DNA of 64,000 bases from Candidatus Zhuqueibacterota bacterium (GTDB taxonomy: Bacteria; Zhuqueibacterota; Zhuqueibacteria; Residuimicrobiales; Krinioviventaceae), in the NCBI GenBank assembly GCA_016928775.1, contig JAFGKD010000071.1, forward strand, positions 84,164-148,163, read 5' to 3'. The notes under the pieces are model-generated. The model saw nothing but the letters and a program-made list of their open reading frames with translations, was not told where the DNA came from and did no database searches. Position numbers and translations under genes: made by a program. Below, piece after piece: positions 37,557-47,893 of this stretch. Positions within the stretch are counted from its first letter, which is position 1; the number at the start of each line of letters is the position of its first letter.

Positions 37557-40403
37557 ATGTTGCATCAATTAAAAAGTTATCGGTCACTCGCACGTGAGAT
37601 AGTATACAAAATTTTCGATATGCGCGAGGGTGAGGGAGTGAGATCACTCTGGATGTGGCTCTATATTTTTTGCATTATTTCAGCCCTCATGATTGTCAAG
37701 CCGATGGTCAATGCTCTCTTTCTTTCCGAATTTGGTGCAGAACGATTACCGCAAGCATTTATTCTTGTTGCCGTGATGGCCGCATGGGTTGCTGTCCTGT
37801 ATTCAAATTTGCTTAAAACCAGCAATCTTCACACCTTAATCATCTGGACGTTATATATATCAATGGCACTTTTTCTTTTATTCTGGTTTTTGTTAACGTT
37901 AAACTGGATGGAGCGTTGGGCGTTATATATATTATATGTTGCTGTGGCAATTTTTGCCGTTATTACAAGCTCACAATTCTGGATTATGGCGAATGTTATC
38001 TTTAATGCTCGTGAGGCCAAACGATTGTTCGGATTTATTGGCTCCGGTGCTATTGCCGGTGGAATTTTCGGTGGCTATCTGACAAATTTTTTAGCCCCCA
38101 TAGTCGGCAGCCAAAATCTCATTTTCATCTTTCTGTTCTTGCTCGGCGCTTGTTTGTTCATCATTAACAGATTGTGGAAAACAAGTTCGGAGGGGGAAGA
38201 TCGAGTTCAGATACGTGAGCGCAATGGATTTTTTAAAAAACTGGAAAATCCTCTCAATATTATTTTGGCCTCGCGACACCTGACGCTCATAGCTGCGCTC
38301 ATCTGGATCAGCGTATTGGTAGGGAAATTAGTCGAATATCAATATAGTGCTATAGCTTCGGAACAGATCGTTGATCCCGATCAACTGACCGCTTTCTTTG
38401 GTTTTTGGCTCTCCAACTTGAGCATCGCCACTCTGCTTATTCAATTATTTTTCACACCCCGGATTGTGGGTATGTTTGGCGTTGGGACTTCACTTTTTTT
38501 TCTACCTGCAGGTATTTTAATCGGCACCTTTGCCATCTTTGTCTTTCCAGAGTTATGGGCAGCTGTGCTCATTAAACTTTTTGACGGTAGTTTGAAAAAT
38601 TCGTTGAACAAGTCAGGCATGGAATTGTTAGCCTTACCTATTGCAGCAGATATAAGAGCACAGGCAAAATCCTTTATTGATGTGTTCGTCGATAGTTTCG
38701 CTACCGGTATTAGCGGTATTTTATTGCTTCTTTTGACTGGCGTACTCAATGCTTCGACACGCTATGTAAGTTTTTTGAGCCTGATTTTTATTGGTTTGTG
38801 GCTCTATCTGATCACTCTTTCGCGCAAAGAATATATACGATCATTTCGACTCAAAATTGAATCCCACGAACAACCAGCTCAGCCCGCTATTGATCTGTCA
38901 AACGAATCTATTCTGGGTGGTATTCTCAAAGTGTTGATTGACGGAGAGGAGAGACAAGTCCTGGAAACGCTTCGAATGATTCGCCATCTGTATGATACAC
39001 GGTTCTTGCCCGGGCTCTATTCTTTGCTCCACTCATCATCCGTTCTGGTTTTGCTTGAGGTGCTCAAGCAGCTGAATAGTTATACAAACAAAAATTTCAG
39101 CAACGATGTTGAAACACTCATCCTCCACGAAAATCTGGATGTCCGCACTGAAGCCTTAACCTATCTCGCGGCGCGTACACCAAATTTCTCCCATGACATT
39201 CTTCCGGTCTATTTGGAGCAGACAAATTACCGAATACGAAGTGCAGCATTATTATATGCTGCGCGTCAAAGTCGGGATAGCGGCGTTGCGAGTGATATCA
39301 TCAAACTCAAGCATCACGTTCAGGTGGAACTTGTCAATGCACAAAAAACGAAAGATCAACAGGAAGTTATAACCATGAAGCGTTGCTGCGCCAGAGCTAT
39401 TGGCGAAGCACACCTCAAAGAGCTATATCCGTTTTTGCATTATCTTTTGCAGGATACTGAAAAGCAGGTCGTCGCTTCGGCCATCATTGGGTCCGGTCTG
39501 ACGAGAGAAAAGGAATTCGGTCCGGCTCTGATCCAGCTACTTCGAGATCGCGAGCTCTGGAGTTTTAGCCAGACGGCTCTCGCTAGCTTTGGCGCTGACA
39601 TTGTGGATATGCTGGGATCACATTTGAAAAATCCCTACGTTGACCGACAGGCGCGTCACAATATCCCCAAGGTATTAGCCGGTATTGAATTGCAGTACTC
39701 TGTTGATACGCTATTGGATAATCTGGACATCGAAGATCGCGATATCCGGAACCAAATTATCAGCGCTTTGTATCAATTGCGCCTTCGTGCACCACAATTG
39801 CGCTATAATGATCCGGTGATCATAAAGCTCGTTTTTAAGGAAGCGAATGAATATTTTAACACGCTGGCCCTTTTGTATACTCAAATGAAAGCATGTGACT
39901 TGACAAGCCCGGGTGCTGATAAAAGACACCTTTTATATGAAAGCCGGGAAAAATTGGTCAAGGCACTCGAGAAGCGTTTGGATCGTAAAATAGAACGTAT
40001 ATTTCATCTCCTTGGTCTCAGGTACCCCCCCTCGGATATTGAGAACGCCTATGCCGGCATCCGTAGCACTGATACCGAGCTTCGAGCGAATACGATAGAG
40101 TTCCTAGATAACCTGCTGGATGGTGATCTGAAAAAAGTCGTTATCCCCTTGGCTGAAACAACTGTAGTCGAGGACGTTATCAGCAAAACCCTGCAGCGGT
40201 TCGGTTATAATCTAACGGACGAAGTCGAATCGATGAAACATTTGCTCGAATCAGATGATGTTACCCTCAAGCGGCACGCCTTGTCATTGATTGAACATCT
40301 TGAAGAGAGCCGCTACCTGCCTCTCGTTGCCAAAGCGCTGAACGATCCGAATAGTGAAATCCATAACAAAGCACAAGAGTTGATCAAAAAATTTGGTTTG
40401 TAA
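37557..40403 (+). CDS. Fusion protein: TLC/Npt-like nucleotide-transporter-type 12-TM domain + C-terminal HEAT/PBS-lyase-like repeat domain
   Basis: 948 aa. The first ~430 aa are polytopic. The remaining ~500 aa are alpha-helical with LxxLL/HEAT-like repeats (EALTYLAARTP, KHALSLIEHLE, NDPNSEIHNKAQEL). The region is markedly AT-richer than its neighbours. Confidence 0.5.
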   Translation: MLHQLKSYRSLAREIVYKIFDMREGEGVRSLWMWLYIFCIISALMIVKPMVNALFLSEFGAERLPQAFILVAVMAAWVAVLYSNLLKTSNLHTLIIWTLYISMALFLLFWFLLTLNWMERWALYILYVAVAIFAVITSSQFWIMANVIFNAREAKRLFGFIGSGAIAGGIFGGYLTNFLAPIVGSQNLIFIFLFLLGACLFIINRLWKTSSEGEDRVQIRERNGFFKKLENPLNIILASRHLTLIAALIWISVLVGKLVEYQYSAIASEQIVDPDQLTAFFGFWLSNLSIATLLIQLFFTPRIVGMFGVGTSLFFLPAGILIGTFAIFVFPELWAAVLIKLFDGSLKNSLNKSGMELLALPIAADIRAQAKSFIDVFVDSFATGISGILLLLLTGVLNASTRYVSFLSLIFIGLWLYLITLSRKEYIRSFRLKIESHEQPAQPAIDLSNESILGGILKVLIDGEERQVLETLRMIRHLYDTRFLPGLYSLLHSSSVLVLLEVLKQLNSYTNKNFSNDVETLILHENLDVRTEALTYLAARTPNFSHDILPVYLEQTNYRIRSAALLYAARQSRDSGVASDIIKLKHHVQVELVNAQKTKDQQEVITMKRCCARAIGEAHLKELYPFLHYLLQDTEKQVVASAIIGSGLTREKEFGPALIQLLRDRELWSFSQTALASFGADIVDMLGSHLKNPYVDRQARHNIPKVLAGIELQYSVDTLLDNLDIEDRDIRNQIISALYQLRLRAPQLRYNDPVIIKLVFKEANEYFNTLALLYTQMKACDLTSPGADKRHLLYESREKLVKALEKRLDRKIERIFHLLGLRYPPSDIENAYAGIRSTDTELRANTIEFLDNLLDGDLKKVVIPLAETTVVEDVISKTLQRFGYNLTDEVESMKHLLESDDVTLKRHALSLIEHLEESRYLPLVAKALNDPNSEIHNKAQELIKKFGL

Positions 40404-40406
40404 ATT

Positions 40407-41663
40407 TTAAGGTTTGGCGACTATCCGGTCGATAAAAGTTGCCAACGTCTGATGCTCAACAGCAGAATTTTTGCGCAGCACATTAGACATTAGCGCTACC
40501 AGATAAATCCGGCCATCCGCTTGCTCGACGATCGCTACCGAGTTCATGTAATTTTCCACATTCCCCATATATTTGCCGCAGGTGAAGCCAGGCTCTTCCT
40601 TGCAACGATATTGACTGCCGGACTTGAAGTAGACGGCTGCTTTTTCCAGTGCCGGAGAAGAGGCGTAACGAATGCGTCTCGCGGTCATGTACATCAGCCG
40701 TTTTATCTCCAGACTGGACCATTCGTCGACAAGGCGGCCTCGTTCGAGGGCGATCAAAAATTGTACCAGCGCTTTGGGATTACCGTAGCTGCCGCCGCCT
40801 GGCACAATGCTCTGACCCGTTTTGGTGAAAAAACTGCCCAAGCGCCAGTCATTTTCTGAAATGCCGATGGTGCGCAAGGGATCATTCACAGTAGAAATAG
40901 CGATTTGAGAGAGCTGAGATTTTGGCGTGTTCTTAAAATATGCAACTTCCTCTTCATAACTGACTGGATAGCGCTCGCCGAATTCGCGCATCAGGATCAA
41001 TTCCTTCCACACGATGCTGGCCGCGGCATTTGCACTGGCCGAGAGCATATGATCCGCCCATTCATAGAGCGAAAAAACGTCTCCCTCTCTGATGGCTCGG
41101 GAGGCAAACGTGTTGGATTCGACGTTAAAAACAGGGACCTCGTGCGAGTCATATATGATCCAGCGATCGGCTTTGATTTGTCTCGTCTTCAACAACCTAT
41201 GGCGGTTTTCAACTGATTCAGGATAAAGACGCTGCAGTTCGGTGAATAGACCGGCAGCAATCGCCAGCTTGCCAACGCTGCCGGGCATAAACTGCCGGTT
41301 CATCTGCTGCGAGGCAAAGCGAAGAGGCTTGCCAGGTGTTATATCGAGAAGTGCCAGGGAATAGCTCTCATCCCGATTTGGAAAGAGAGCTTGTATCTCT
41401 TTTTGCAGTTTGGCATTTTCCGCTGGTAATACTGCAAGACTGTCGCCGCGAGCACCCAGCAGGTTCAACTTGATGTCGGTCAGAATTCTCAAGCCACCCG
41501 ACGGCGGTTTAGTACCTTTAAATTTTCCCTCAATCACCTGCGCCAATCGCGCCAAACGCCGAATGCCTGTGTATTCATAACCATCAAAAGGGTACGCCAT
41601 CGCAGTCGTCAATTGCAGCAACAGTGAAATTGCTAAAAGCCCTGTACATAATTTCATTTTCAT
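40407..41663 (-). CDS. Secreted beta-lactamase-fold serine hydrolase
   Basis: Signal peptide. The SVGK (S-x-x-K) motif is near the N-terminus of the mature protein. 418 aa. Confidence 0.5.
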   Translation of the reverse strand: MKMKLCTGLLAISLLLQLTTAMAYPFDGYEYTGIRRLARLAQVIEGKFKGTKPPSGGLRILTDIKLNLLGARGDSLAVLPAENAKLQKEIQALFPNRDESYSLALLDITPGKPLRFASQQMNRQFMPGSVGKLAIAAGLFTELQRLYPESVENRHRLLKTRQIKADRWIIYDSHEVPVFNVESNTFASRAIREGDVFSLYEWADHMLSASANAAASIVWKELILMREFGERYPVSYEEEVAYFKNTPKSQLSQIAISTVNDPLRTIGISENDWRLGSFFTKTGQSIVPGGGSYGNPKALVQFLIALERGRLVDEWSSLEIKRLMYMTARRIRYASSPALEKAAVYFKSGSQYRCKEEPGFTCGKYMGNVENYMNSVAIVEQADGRIYLVALMSNVLRKNSAVEHQTLATFIDRIVAKP

Positions 41664-41688
41664 GATTGTCTCGCGGATAATGTGATCG

Positions 41689-44601
41689 TTAATTTTGCAA
41701 GGATTCTTCCAGTGAGATCATCCGCTTCTTGTCTATTTTGGGATCGAGCTCTTTTAAATACGCTGAAGAACGCGCCCTTTTGCTTTCGACGAAAGGCCGT
41801 ACCTGAAAGAGCCAGATTTTGTCGTCTTTAAATCCCAATTCGACATCAAAGGGTCCTTGCGATTCAATACCGGGTGTATTGGGGAGGCGTTTACGAATAT
41901 CAATTGCAAAGAGCCGCAACTGACCGATATTCTGCAAACTGAGGATAGCTTTTTCAAATGTGGCAATTTTTTTATCCGTACCGCCAGTCGTTGGTAATGT
42001 TGTATAGCGCCGCTCACGGCAGGGTGATAACAGCAGTTGTCGGGCAGCGGATTTCAGGGTGTAGGATTCCGCCATTTGTCCCTCAACGGCACCGGCGGCA
42101 CCACGGTTAAATGCGATTGTGATGTCCTGCGCTTCGCCGGAATAGACGCCAGTTGTGATCATAACGCCGGACTTTTCGACGTTCACGGATGGAATGATGA
42201 GGATGGATGGAAATACATTTTCCGGATTGAGTAGCAGGCGTTGTCGCCATTGGTAACTACGTTCGCTGAACGGCGATGCCCATACGTCGCGAATGCCTTG
42301 CAGAATTTTTTGCGGCTCGCGTACGTTAAATACGGTTAAATTGAGACCCGCACCGGTAAAGTCCTTCAAATCTTCCATATTGGTGTCGCTACGGATGAAC
42401 ACCGGCACCTCTCCCATAGTATGACGCAAAATGCCTTGAAATTTTTCATAGAGCTCTTTTTCAAAAGCCGGCAAAAGAGGAATTGCTTTGATGGCGGTGC
42501 GCAACGTCTCCAATCGAGCGAGAATATCCATCTCAATCTGTGTCTCCGGAACATTGTTTTTACGTTGCTGTCGCGCTGTCTCAAAGGTCTGCTGCAAAAA
42601 CTGCCAACAAGTTTCTGCTGAGCCGGGCATGGTCTGGTCCATGTGTTGTCGGAATATCCCGAATGGCAGCACAAGACCTTCCACCACCTGTTCGGGGAAC
42701 AGGTTTTTGAGCTGCCCAAGATTAGCTGCCTTGGGGCCAGTGAATACGCCGGAATCTTTGGCGCGCACATTACGCAGGTCAAGAATGCTCGTCTCGTTTA
42801 GCCGCAATTTATCGATCGGCACCGTAATTTTGTTCTCGCGAGTTGCCGTTGTTGTGAACAATGCTTCCTCTTCGCGAGTCATTGCTTCGGGCGTTTTCAT
42901 CAATACTGTACCCTGCGGGGAGACAGCATAAAAAATCTTTTTCCCATTAAAAGCTAACAGTTCCTCAAAGTTTTGCTGCGTAATGACCGCGTTGGGTATG
43001 CCAAGATTGCGCGCCAATAGCTGTACGTGCGACACCAGATTGCCTTCGGAGACCACCATCAGACCGGCTACAGGCTTTAAATCGGATGGTGGCGAGGCGA
43101 GCACATAAATATTTTCTGGTGAAAATTTTATGTCCGCTTCCATCGAAGGTAACACGACCAGTTCGCCGATAGCGTAGCCGGGATTGAGTCCATGCACTTG
43201 ATTTTGCGTTGTAATATTGAGCACCTGCTGCTTCAAACCGATATGATCGGCATAGTGATCCGTGACCTGCCCAGCTGTAATGCCAAAAGGCAGAAGGAGT
43301 GACACACGAATACGATCATCTATAAAACCAAAAATCAAAGGTTCAAAGCCGGCGAATTTTTCGAGCGATTCCTGAAAAACGGTCCGTACCATCGCGCTGC
43401 TCCATTCGACAGCGCGCCTGGCATACTCTGATATTTGTTGCAGCTCTGCGAGTGAGATCACCTTGGTCTGCGACTGCAAGCGTAGATAAAAGTCGATCTC
43501 GACAAATTCCCAAGCTTCCAAAAATCCGCAGCTGGCCACGGCTTTGGTCAGAAGGTGATTTTTTGCTATCAAGTCACCGAGTGTAGCGGGCTGCCACTGG
43601 TTGATGTCGCGGAAAATAATCGATTCCAGTGCAATCGACAAATCGACTGCCGCCAGTCGTTGCCTCGGTGCAGGAAACTCTAAAAGCTCCTGACGGCATT
43701 CCCATAAAATATCTACGATTTGTCGCATTGTTTCTTGTGAGGCTGTGATCTGCTGACTTTTTAACCACTCGTTCATTTTAGTAACAACCCTGGATTTCTG
43801 GGGTAGCAGACGACTGTATTGTCGCAGACTATTTGAATTGAGCGGACGAAAAGCTTCAGCGAGGTCCGCTTCCAATTGATTGAAAAGTTTTTGCTGGTTC
43901 GATGAAATTTTTCCGGCATTCTTTAGACGAAACGCGCGTACATTTTGCAGATCAGAAGCATCCGGCTGTCCATGTAATTTGATGCGAATGTTGATAAAAG
44001 TCGGGATCGAATCAGACAGCACCTTGGACGTCGAGCGAATTCGCTCCCACAGCTTGTCACCAGCGTTGTGGGGCAACACACGACAGGCCTGGCGGATTGT
44101 AAAATAGTTCTCAAGTATGCGGCTGTCATCATCGAGAAGCCATAACAAGAACTTTTCACCCCAGCTATTTTCATCTTCATCTTGGATAGCACCGCGATAA
44201 TAGCGGGCGCGACGCAAAAGCCAACTGTCATCTATAGACATTAAATAGCGTTCAAAAATATATTGTTTGAGGCGCGACTGGTCATTGGTTTCATCCCAAA
44301 AGTCTTCGAATGGTGTTCCCGCCAAAATTTGGCCAAGGTAAATACCTTGATCGCGCGCCAAACGAGTGACGACTTCTTTGTGCACTGCATGTTGAATGCC
44401 GCCCGGCTGCGAACAACGTTCGTTCGGCGGCAAAATAGTGCCATCTGGACAGAACCAGCGAATGGCCTGATAGGGCCCACGTTCATCAGATTTAAATTTT
44501 TGAATCAATGCAGCAATGTCGTCATTTGTGAGATTTTGCTGCGCGAAGATGAGCGCTACGAGAGACAACAAAATGATTACAAAAAAGCGAAAACGAACCA
44601 C
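41689..44601 (-). CDS. PEP-utilizing enzyme family protein (phosphohistidine swivel domain followed by PPDK_N/ATP-grasp-like domain), N-terminal signal/anchor
   Basis: 970 aa. GLMVVSEGNLVSHVQLLARNLGIPNAV is a mobile-domain His motif. VFIRSDTNMEDLKDFTGAGLNLTVFNVRE is the PPDK_N/PpsA nucleotide-binding block. The N-terminus MVRFRFFVIILLSLVALIFAQQ looks like a signal peptide. Confidence 0.6.
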   Translation of the reverse strand: MVRFRFFVIILLSLVALIFAQQNLTNDDIAALIQKFKSDERGPYQAIRWFCPDGTILPPNERCSQPGGIQHAVHKEVVTRLARDQGIYLGQILAGTPFEDFWDETNDQSRLKQYIFERYLMSIDDSWLLRRARYYRGAIQDEDENSWGEKFLLWLLDDDSRILENYFTIRQACRVLPHNAGDKLWERIRSTSKVLSDSIPTFINIRIKLHGQPDASDLQNVRAFRLKNAGKISSNQQKLFNQLEADLAEAFRPLNSNSLRQYSRLLPQKSRVVTKMNEWLKSQQITASQETMRQIVDILWECRQELLEFPAPRQRLAAVDLSIALESIIFRDINQWQPATLGDLIAKNHLLTKAVASCGFLEAWEFVEIDFYLRLQSQTKVISLAELQQISEYARRAVEWSSAMVRTVFQESLEKFAGFEPLIFGFIDDRIRVSLLLPFGITAGQVTDHYADHIGLKQQVLNITTQNQVHGLNPGYAIGELVVLPSMEADIKFSPENIYVLASPPSDLKPVAGLMVVSEGNLVSHVQLLARNLGIPNAVITQQNFEELLAFNGKKIFYAVSPQGTVLMKTPEAMTREEEALFTTTATRENKITVPIDKLRLNETSILDLRNVRAKDSGVFTGPKAANLGQLKNLFPEQVVEGLVLPFGIFRQHMDQTMPGSAETCWQFLQQTFETARQQRKNNVPETQIEMDILARLETLRTAIKAIPLLPAFEKELYEKFQGILRHTMGEVPVFIRSDTNMEDLKDFTGAGLNLTVFNVREPQKILQGIRDVWASPFSERSYQWRQRLLLNPENVFPSILIIPSVNVEKSGVMITTGVYSGEAQDITIAFNRGAAGAVEGQMAESYTLKSAARQLLLSPCRERRYTTLPTTGGTDKKIATFEKAILSLQNIGQLRLFAIDIRKRLPNTPGIESQGPFDVELGFKDDKIWLFQVRPFVESKRARSSAYLKELDPKIDKKRMISLEESLQN

Positions 44602-44804
44602 TTTACGAATCCTCCAGTAAAAGCGCCTTGAGCTATTTATATAACTCGTACGAATTTAATGAAATTTCATGGCAAAGCAATTAAAATGTTCAGAGGTGAC
44701 AGCATCTTTGTCTTTATGCATGAAGATAATGCTTCAATATATTCCCTTTTCACCGGATATATTGAGCCATGTCATCGAAATTCGCAGATTATAAATATTT
44801 CAAA

Positions 44805-45548
44805 TTAGGTCCTGTCAAAAATTGGATGATGATAGATACGCCATTTTTTTAATCGGTATGCCAGCGCTGTACGCAAGACACCCAGACCGTATCGCACGCT
44901 GCGGGAAAAGTTGATGGAGGAGGCTTCGGGAAAATATTTTGTCGGGCAGGAGATTTCGCCGATTGGAAAGCCAAAATAGGCAGTCTGGGCGATAAACTCA
45001 TTGTCAAAAACAAAATCATTTGAACATTTATCCAGCGGCAAACTTTCAAGCAATCGCCGGGAGTAGGCTCTGTAACCCGTATGATATTCGGATATTTTTT
45101 TTGCCAGTAAAATATTCTCAAATAACGTCAATAGACGGTTGGAGATATATTTGTAAAGCGGCATCCCGCCTGCGAGGGCGCCACCGGTGATGATACGCGA
45201 TCCGAGCACCAGGTCATATTGACCGATCGCGATGAGCGACGCCATGGCGCCAATTAATTTGGGCTCGTATTGATAATCGGGATGCAACATAATTATGACG
45301 TCCGCATTGGTTCTGAGCGCCTCTCGATAGCAGGTTTTCTGGTTGCCACCGTAGCCCAGATTTTTCTGGTGCCGAAATGTTTTGAGGCCGAGCTCCTGAG
45401 CAATCTGTGAGGTTCCGTCCGTGCTGGCGTCATCCACCATCAGGACGTCATCAACAATGTCAAAAGGAATCTCCTCGTAGGTTTTTTTCAACGTCAGCTC
45501 TGCGTTGTAAGCGGGCAGTACAACCGTCACCCTTTTTCCGTGAATCAT
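44805..45548 (-). CDS. GT2 glycosyltransferase, Dpm1/polyprenol-phosphate sugar synthase-like
   Basis: [14 protein letters not shown]...[12 protein letters not shown] is a GT2 DxD-region signature. 247 aa soluble GT2, as in dolichol-P-mannose synthases. Confidence 0.75.
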   Translation of the reverse strand: MIHGKRVTVVLPAYNAELTLKKTYEEIPFDIVDDVLMVDDASTDGTSQIAQELGLKTFRHQKNLGYGGNQKTCYREALRTNADVIIMLHPDYQYEPKLIGAMASLIAIGQYDLVLGSRIITGGALAGGMPLYKYISNRLLTLFENILLAKKISEYHTGYRAYSRRLLESLPLDKCSNDFVFDNEFIAQTAYFGFPIGEISCPTKYFPEASSINFSRSVRYGLGVLRTALAYRLKKWRIYHHPIFDRT

Positions 45549-45603
45549 TATGTCCTCATGTTTCTGTTTTCAGATACGTTGACAGTACAAAAACCGTATC
45601 GAG

Positions 45604-46392
45604 TCAACGAAATAAATTGAATCGAAGAATACTCCAAATCGCGTTTACGCCGTCTCTCCAGCCGATTTTTTTACCCTCCGAATAATCACGACCATGATAT
45701 TGAATGGGCATTTCATAGATTCGGCATCTCTTTTTCGCCACTTTGGCGGTAATCTCCGGCTCAAAGCCAAATCGATTGGACTTGATATCGATATCCTCCA
45801 GCACCTGACGACGAAATATTTTGTAACAGGTCTCCATGTCGGTGAGGTTCAAATTGGTGAACATGTTGGAAAGCATGGTCAGAAACCGGTTGCCGACATA
45901 GTGCCAAAAAAACAAAACCCGATGAGTTTCGCCAATGAATCGCGAGCCGTAAACCACATCAGCGAGGTCGGCCACGATGGGGTAGATCAATTTATAGTAT
46001 TCATTTGGATTATATTCCAAATCCGCATCCTGGATAATCACAATGTCGCCGGCCACATGCTGAAAACCGGTGCGCAAGGCAGCTCCTTTTCCCTGGTTAT
46101 GGTCGTGCAAGATCAGTTTGATATTGTCATATTCCCGACTAATCTCCGGCAGCATATCGCGCGTACCGTCGGTTGAATAATCATCAACAATGATGATCTC
46201 CTTGTTCAGCTCGACATTTTGAATTCGCTGGATGATTTTTCGAATGGTGTTTTTTTCGTTATAAACGGGCACCACGACCGACAGTTTAACCGCAGTATAG
46301 TCAACCTGACGGTCGTCATGCAGCACCGTTCTAAAAGCTGGTTGTGCCGGATCGCTATAGCCGCAACGCGGACACGGTTGTGTTTTCGTCAT
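45604..46392 (-). CDS. GT2 glycosyltransferase with N-terminal CxxC zinc-ribbon-like motif
   Basis: Start chosen at [11 protein letters not shown] (GGGAG RBS upstream). [10 protein letters not shown]...[13 protein letters not shown]2 signature. Confidence 0.7.
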   Translation of the reverse strand: MTKTQPCPRCGYSDPAQPAFRTVLHDDRQVDYTAVKLSVVVPVYNEKNTIRKIIQRIQNVELNKEIIIVDDYSTDGTRDMLPEISREYDNIKLILHDHNQGKGAALRTGFQHVAGDIVIIQDADLEYNPNEYYKLIYPIVADLADVVYGSRFIGETHRVLFFWHYVGNRFLTMLSNMFTNLNLTDMETCYKIFRRQVLEDIDIKSNRFGFEPEITAKVAKKRCRIYEMPIQYHGRDYSEGKKIGWRDGVNAIWSILRFNLFR

Positions 46393-47893
46393 GTTTGTTT
46401 TCTCCCTGGTGAACATCAGGATATGAAGCAGGTGAATACTCGTACAACCACAAGTATTCTTTGTCTTTACGAAAAGTATAGCGCAAAATAAAATCATTTT
46501 TTACGCGGACATAACCTGGATCATCCGGCCATCGTCGCAATTGATTGTGATAATAGATAATATATCGAAAATATCCATGTTCTATTTTTTCTAACAATTG
46601 TGGATCGGCAGGTCCCGAGTTGTAATTGTAAACCTCGCCGAAACCATCAAGATAGTATGTCAATATTGGCGCATACCAGGTCAAAATACGGTCGTTAGCC
46701 TGAGCATTAGTTTTTAAAAAAGACGCGGCCTGCTGGTAGCCGGGATCACCCTGGCTAAAGTCGGTGAGCATTTTCAAGTTTGTGCCGGCTTGCGCCACCA
46801 TCGTCACTGCAATAAAAACGACTCCAACGCGTCGCCAACGATTCGTCAACATGTGCAGGAATATGGCGCCACACAGGGTCAGGAACGGAATAACATAGAT
46901 GGCGTATCGGGCGGACATGATGTGCTGTCGAAAAAGCGCCGCTAACAGGACAAATAAATATATTAATAATATTCCATAAATTGTGCTGAATTTTGATCTA
47001 AAAAGTTGAACAGTCAGTGTGGCAACACCAAAAAGCGATAATAAAAGCCAGACTGGAGCAATATCCATAAACCAGACAACATAGGCCCACCATGGCACAT
47101 GTCGGGTCAACTCACCGTTGAACCAGATAGGATGTCCTTGTTCGCTATATCTCAGGTAATATAAAAGATTACGGAAAAAATTGAGCTTGACGACGCCGGC
47201 GATCCATACCAGACAAATAGTAAAAATCACAACCAGCGCCGCATAGATGATGTGTTTCGAAACGGTGACTTTGCGAAAGGTGATATGAAAATAGGCATTC
47301 TTTTTTAACAAGAGCACCAGACCAATAATGCCGAAGATGATGATACCATACTCTATGGTTGAAAACAGCAGTCCAAGCACAATGGCTTGTTGGTAAAGAT
47401 ATCGTTTATTGTCGCTCTGTATCATTTTTATTGTGAGGAAAAAAGACAAGACGATGTAAAATGTAGCCATGGCATGCATATTCGCCACACCACAAACTTG
47501 CACAAATGTGGGCATAATGGCAAGTGAAAAAGCCGCAACAGCGCCCGCCAGTAATCCCGCCGGGAATATCGTTGCGCACCCCCATAGAATCGTCAGCGGT
47601 ACGAGCAGGCCGAACATTCTGGACGGCAATTGCACGGTAAAATCACTTTCGCCAAACAACAAGACACCCAGATGGATCGCGTGTGTGAGTAGCGGTCCAT
47701 GAAAATGACGTTGTTCCCTGGTTCCATCGGCATCGAGCCAGTTGGCGACAAATCCTTTGCGGGCGGCCAGGGCGTATTCTGCTTCATCCAAAGTCAATCC
47801 GTTCGCTTCGTATCGCACGTGGGGCAGCGCGGCTACAATGATTAACACCAGGGAAAGCAGCCACAATTTTTTGTCCGAAAAACCTCTATTCAT
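46355..47893 (-). CDS. GT39/ArnT-like (GT-C) polytopic membrane glycosyltransferase
   Basis: 512 aa, multiple TM helices. The N-terminal [13 protein letters not shown]...HGPL loop resembles ArnT/PMT_2 family proteins. Confidence 0.55.
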   Translation of the reverse strand: MNRGFSDKKLWLLSLVLIIVAALPHVRYEANGLTLDEAEYALAARKGFVANWLDADGTREQRHFHGPLLTHAIHLGVLLFGESDFTVQLPSRMFGLLVPLTILWGCATIFPAGLLAGAVAAFSLAIMPTFVQVCGVANMHAMATFYIVLSFFLTIKMIQSDNKRYLYQQAIVLGLLFSTIEYGIIIFGIIGLVLLLKKNAYFHITFRKVTVSKHIIYAALVVIFTICLVWIAGVVKLNFFRNLLYYLRYSEQGHPIWFNGELTRHVPWWAYVVWFMDIAPVWLLLSLFGVATLTVQLFRSKFSTIYGILLIYLFVLLAALFRQHIMSARYAIYVIPFLTLCGAIFLHMLTNRWRRVGVVFIAVTMVAQAGTNLKMLTDFSQGDPGYQQAASFLKTNAQANDRILTWYAPILTYYLDGFGEVYNYNSGPADPQLLEKIEHGYFRYIIYYHNQLRRWPDDPGYVRVKNDFILRYTFRKDKEYLWLYEYSPASYPDVHQGENKHDENTTVSALRL

